The position numbers were made by a program, and so were the translations under genes. Under the pieces are notes generated by a model. It searched no databases, was not told where the DNA came from, and saw nothing but the letters and a program-made list of their open reading frames with translations. Below, piece by piece: positions 61,690-64,000 of a DNA stretch of 64,000 nucleotides. Position 1 is the stretch's first letter. Every line of letters starts with the position of its first letter. The DNA comes from Candidatus Krumholzibacteriia bacterium. Lineage in GTDB: Bacteria > Krumholzibacteriota > Krumholzibacteriia > Krumholzibacteriales > Krumholzibacteriaceae. The stretch is from assembly GCA_023131975.1 (NCBI GenBank), contig JAGLYV010000084.1, forward strand, positions 1,065 through 65,064, written 5' to 3'.

Positions 61690-62724
61690 GTGATTGAGCA
61701 ATCTTGGATTCAAGAAATACTTCGAACGAAAACTGATGGCCGTCTTTACCATCGTGAAGGTCAGGAGCTTGAATTTAAGGAACAGTTTAACTTAGCTGGA
61801 TTAGCTGAATACTTTCGTGACTTCGCAGCTTTTGCAAATAACAGGGGTGGGTACCTAGTATTTGGAGTAACGGATAAACCAAGGCGTCCGGCAGGTTTGT
61901 CAAGTAGAGCGCTTGAACAATTTGAGAAAATAGATCCAGAAAAGATTAGTGGGTTCTTACTAAAGTTGTTCTCACGATCTATTGACTGGGAGCAGTCTTC
62001 TCATGAAATTGGCGATACTTCATTTGGTGTAATACGAGTTTATGAAGCTCGTGAAAAACCTGTTATTGCAAAGATGGATGAAGGAAAGCAACAAATAATA
62101 AAAAATGGTGAAGTATATTATCGTTACGCAGGTAGAACCCAGAAAATTCAGTCTGCTGAATTGGAAAGTATTATAAATAGACGGGTTCAGCAAAATAATA
62201 AGCAGTGGCTCGACCTAGTCCAAAAAATCGGAGTCGCGGGACCAAATAACGCTGCAATTCTTGACACAGAACGTTCTATTATTGAAAAGGATGAGGCAAA
62301 GATTCTTGTTATTGACAACGAACTTGCAAAAAAGATGAGTTTTATCAAAGAGGGTCAATTCAAAGAAAAATATGGCACTCCTACTCTCAAACTAGTTGGT
62401 GATGTTGTTCCTGTTGATAGAGTAGAAGTTGTCAAACGTGTTCGCGAGAATTTAGTAAAAGCATATCCATATTCTGCGGCTGAACTTGCGCAGGCAGTTG
62501 AAGTTATTGTACCAAGTGCAAAAAGGAATAAGATATGGGAAACTATACGTGATAACGATTTAAAGAATAATGTTGATTATTCAGCTTTCAACTTTCGGAA
62601 CAAAAAACAGGAAGACAACTACAAAGAAACAGGAATACTTGCTTTAAATACACCATCGATCTACAATCAAAAAGCTGTAGATTATCTTGTAAATGTCCTA
62701 AGGACAGAAAATGGAGACGTCTGA
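61690..62724 (+). CDS. Schlafen-like AlbA_2 domain protein (putative nucleic-acid-binding regulator/sensor)
   Basis: EGQELEFKEQF...FANNRGGYLVFGVTD matches the AlbA_2 (divergent AAA/Schlafen) signature; C-terminal ~200 aa unassigned; GTG start; low GC about 38%. Confidence 0.65.
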   Translation: MIEQSWIQEILRTKTDGRLYHREGQELEFKEQFNLAGLAEYFRDFAAFANNRGGYLVFGVTDKPRRPAGLSSRALEQFEKIDPEKISGFLLKLFSRSIDWEQSSHEIGDTSFGVIRVYEAREKPVIAKMDEGKQQIIKNGEVYYRYAGRTQKIQSAELESIINRRVQQNNKQWLDLVQKIGVAGPNNAAILDTERSIIEKDEAKILVIDNELAKKMSFIKEGQFKEKYGTPTLKLVGDVVPVDRVEVVKRVRENLVKAYPYSAAELAQAVEVIVPSAKRNKIWETIRDNDLKNNVDYSAFNFRNKKQEDNYKETGILALNTPSIYNQKAVDYLVNVLRTENGDV

Positions 62725-62729
62725 CACTT

Positions 62730-62816
62730 GCAGCCGTAGGAGCCTTCCCTATCACGTCGGTCGTAAGGCAGCAGTCGCGCCAAGGTCGTTCGCAGTTGAA
62801 GCGAAGGTTGTTCGGT
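62730..62816 (+). repeat. copy B of the ~86-bp conserved intergenic leader element
   Basis: See copy A; lies 40 bp upstream of the type IIG gene start. Confidence 0.5.
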
Positions 62817-62855
62817 CTTGGAAAAATTAAAGTCAATTCTAAGAGGGATACATCT

Positions 62856-64000
62856 ATGCCAGCTCCGGAATCAGTAAAGAAGTTAATTGAAACATTCGGC
62901 AACAATATAGATTTCTATAAATCCGACCAATACAAGGAAGATCAACTACGGCAGGAATTCCTGAACCCGTTCTTCAAGGCGTTGGGTTGGGATATGGACA
63001 ACACCGCCGGGCTGGCGCCGCAATACCGCGATGTTATCCATGAAGTATCCATTAAGATCGGTAGCTCCACCAAGGCGCCAGACTACGCCTTTTCCATCCA
63101 CGGACAATATAAGTTTTTTCTCGAAGCCAAAAAGCCTGCCGTCAATGTGCAGAAAGATTTTGACCCGGCCTACCAGCTCCGACGCTATGGTTGGTCAGCT
63201 AAACTGCCCATCTCGATCCTGACCGACTTCGAGGAATTTGCAATATACGACTGTCGTAAGCGTCCTAAGCGTGGAGAGCGTGCATCCACATCACGGCTCG
63301 CCTATTTTAAGTACACCGACTATATTGAGAAGTGGGATGAACTTAGCGCAACCTTCTCCAAGGACGCCATCCTCAATGGCTCGTTCGACAAATATACGGT
63401 CGATGCCAAGCGCCATCGTGGATCTGATACTGTTGACGACGCCTTCCTGAAGGAAATCGAAAACTGGCGAATCCTGCTGGCGCGCAATTTTGCCCTGCGC
63501 AATCCAACATTGTCCGTCCGCGATCTCAACTTTGCCGTCCAGAAAACCATTGACCGCCTCATCTTTCTGCGCATCTGCGAAGACCGCGGCACAGAGGACT
63601 ACAAGCGGCTGGCCACATTGCTCAGCAGCGGGCGCATATATCCTCGTCTGCTCGACCTGTTCAAACAGGCGGATACGCGCTACAACTCTGGCCTATTCCA
63701 CTTTTCCGCCGAACGCAGGCGCGGCGCGCCCGATAACGTTACGCCGAAGCTGGAACTTGATGATCGAGTACTCAAGGAGATTATTTCCAAACTCTATTAT
63801 CCTGAATCGCCCTACGAATTTTCTGTTTTGCCTGCTGACATCCTCGGCCAAGTCTACGAGCAGTTTCTCGGCAAGACTATCCGTCTCACCTCTGGGCACC
63901 AGGCAAAGATCGAGGAAAAGCCCGAGGTCCGCAAGGCTGGTGGTGTTTACTATACGCCAAGCTATATCGTTGACTATATTGTGAAGAATACTTTAGGTAG
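62856..64000 (+). CDS. type IIG restriction-modification enzyme (HsdR_N-like N-terminal domain + N6-adenine methyltransferase), 3' end beyond window
   Basis: Open frame to window end (not in ORF track because no stop); N-terminal EDQLRQEFLNPFFKALGWD type-I-R N-terminal-like motif; GVYYTPSYIVDYIV methyltransferase motif near residue 370. Confidence 0.75.
   Translation, partial: MPAPESVKKLIETFGNNIDFYKSDQYKEDQLRQEFLNPFFKALGWDMDNTAGLAPQYRDVIHEVSIKIGSSTKAPDYAFSIHGQYKFFLEAKKPAVNVQKDFDPAYQLRRYGWSAKLPISILTDFEEFAIYDCRKRPKRGERASTSRLAYFKYTDYIEKWDELSATFSKDAILNGSFDKYTVDAKRHRGSDTVDDAFLKEIENWRILLARNFALRNPTLSVRDLNFAVQKTIDRLIFLRICEDRGTEDYKRLATLLSSGRIYPRLLDLFKQADTRYNSGLFHFSAERRRGAPDNVTPKLELDDRVLKEIISKLYYPESPYEFSVLPADILGQVYEQFLGKTIRLTSGHQAKIEEKPEVRKAGGVYYTPSYIVDYIVKNTLG

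Overview
This 64-kb window comes from a fairly GC-rich bacterial chromosome of about 57-60% GC. Most of the window, positions 1 to about 58,800, is densely packed housekeeping and cell-envelope genes on both strands. The last 5 kb, from about 59,100 to 64,000, is a compositionally mosaic accessory island.

The core region, in order:
- **rpoN region:** the 3' end of rpoN, then lipA, hpf and hprK.
- **PTS operon:** a complete mannose-family PTS (EIIA, EIIB, EIIC, EIID, HPr with His15 and Ser46, Enzyme I). A glycoside hydrolase family 57 (GH57) gene sits between EIIB and EIIC. A phosphoglucose/phosphomannose isomerase (PGI/PMI) and a sugar nucleotidyltransferase follow.
- **Methyl cycle:** metK and ahcY.
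- **Convergent envelope genes:** a GWxTD protein and two LptF/LptG-type permeases on the minus strand.
- **Type IX secretion (T9SS) genes:** a 2,274-aa SprA translocon homologue, immediately followed by an M28 peptidase resembling glutaminyl cyclase.
- **Conserved translation/RNA-processing block:** rimP, nusA, infB, DUF503, rbfA, a DHH phosphoesterase (nrnA-like), truB, ribF, rpsO, pnp, an M16 peptidase, dut and a polysaccharide deacetylase.
- **Two membrane proteins:** a DUF4388 protein and a TPR membrane protein on the minus strand.
- **asnS** on the plus strand.
- **Small-gene cluster:** a candidate promoter-to-terminator small RNA, then a VF530-like protein, a helix-hairpin-helix protein and a triple-repeat lipoprotein.
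- **T9SS cargo:** a 1,009-aa Ig-repeat protein with a T9SS C-terminal sorting domain, next to a PorV/PorQ-like outer-membrane protein.
- **TonB block:** a 1,040-aa TPR protein, then exbB-exbD-exbD-tonB and a secreted FlgD-Ig-like protein.

The gene content points to a non-Bacteroidia member of the FCB superphylum. It carries a type IX secretion system but uses sigma-70-like -35/-10 promoter boxes and strong Shine-Dalgarno sites.

The terminal island is the most interesting part. Three of its genes are low-GC (about 38-40%):
- an orphan hypothetical;
- a strikingly eukaryote-like LRAT/PLAAT (H-rev107) acyltransferase/phospholipase with both catalytic motifs and a C-terminal membrane anchor;
- a Schlafen/AlbA_2 DNA-binding protein.

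These are interleaved with a high-GC protein that looks like a PD-(D/E)xK nuclease of the DUF4268 type, and a type IIG restriction-modification enzyme that is truncated by the window end. Two diverged copies of an ~86-bp leader element, about 75% identical, precede the DUF4268-like gene and the type IIG gene. I read this as a defence island. The PLAAT-like plus AlbA_2 pair is a candidate undescribed two-gene module.

I found no rRNA, tRNA, CRISPR array, integrase or transposase.
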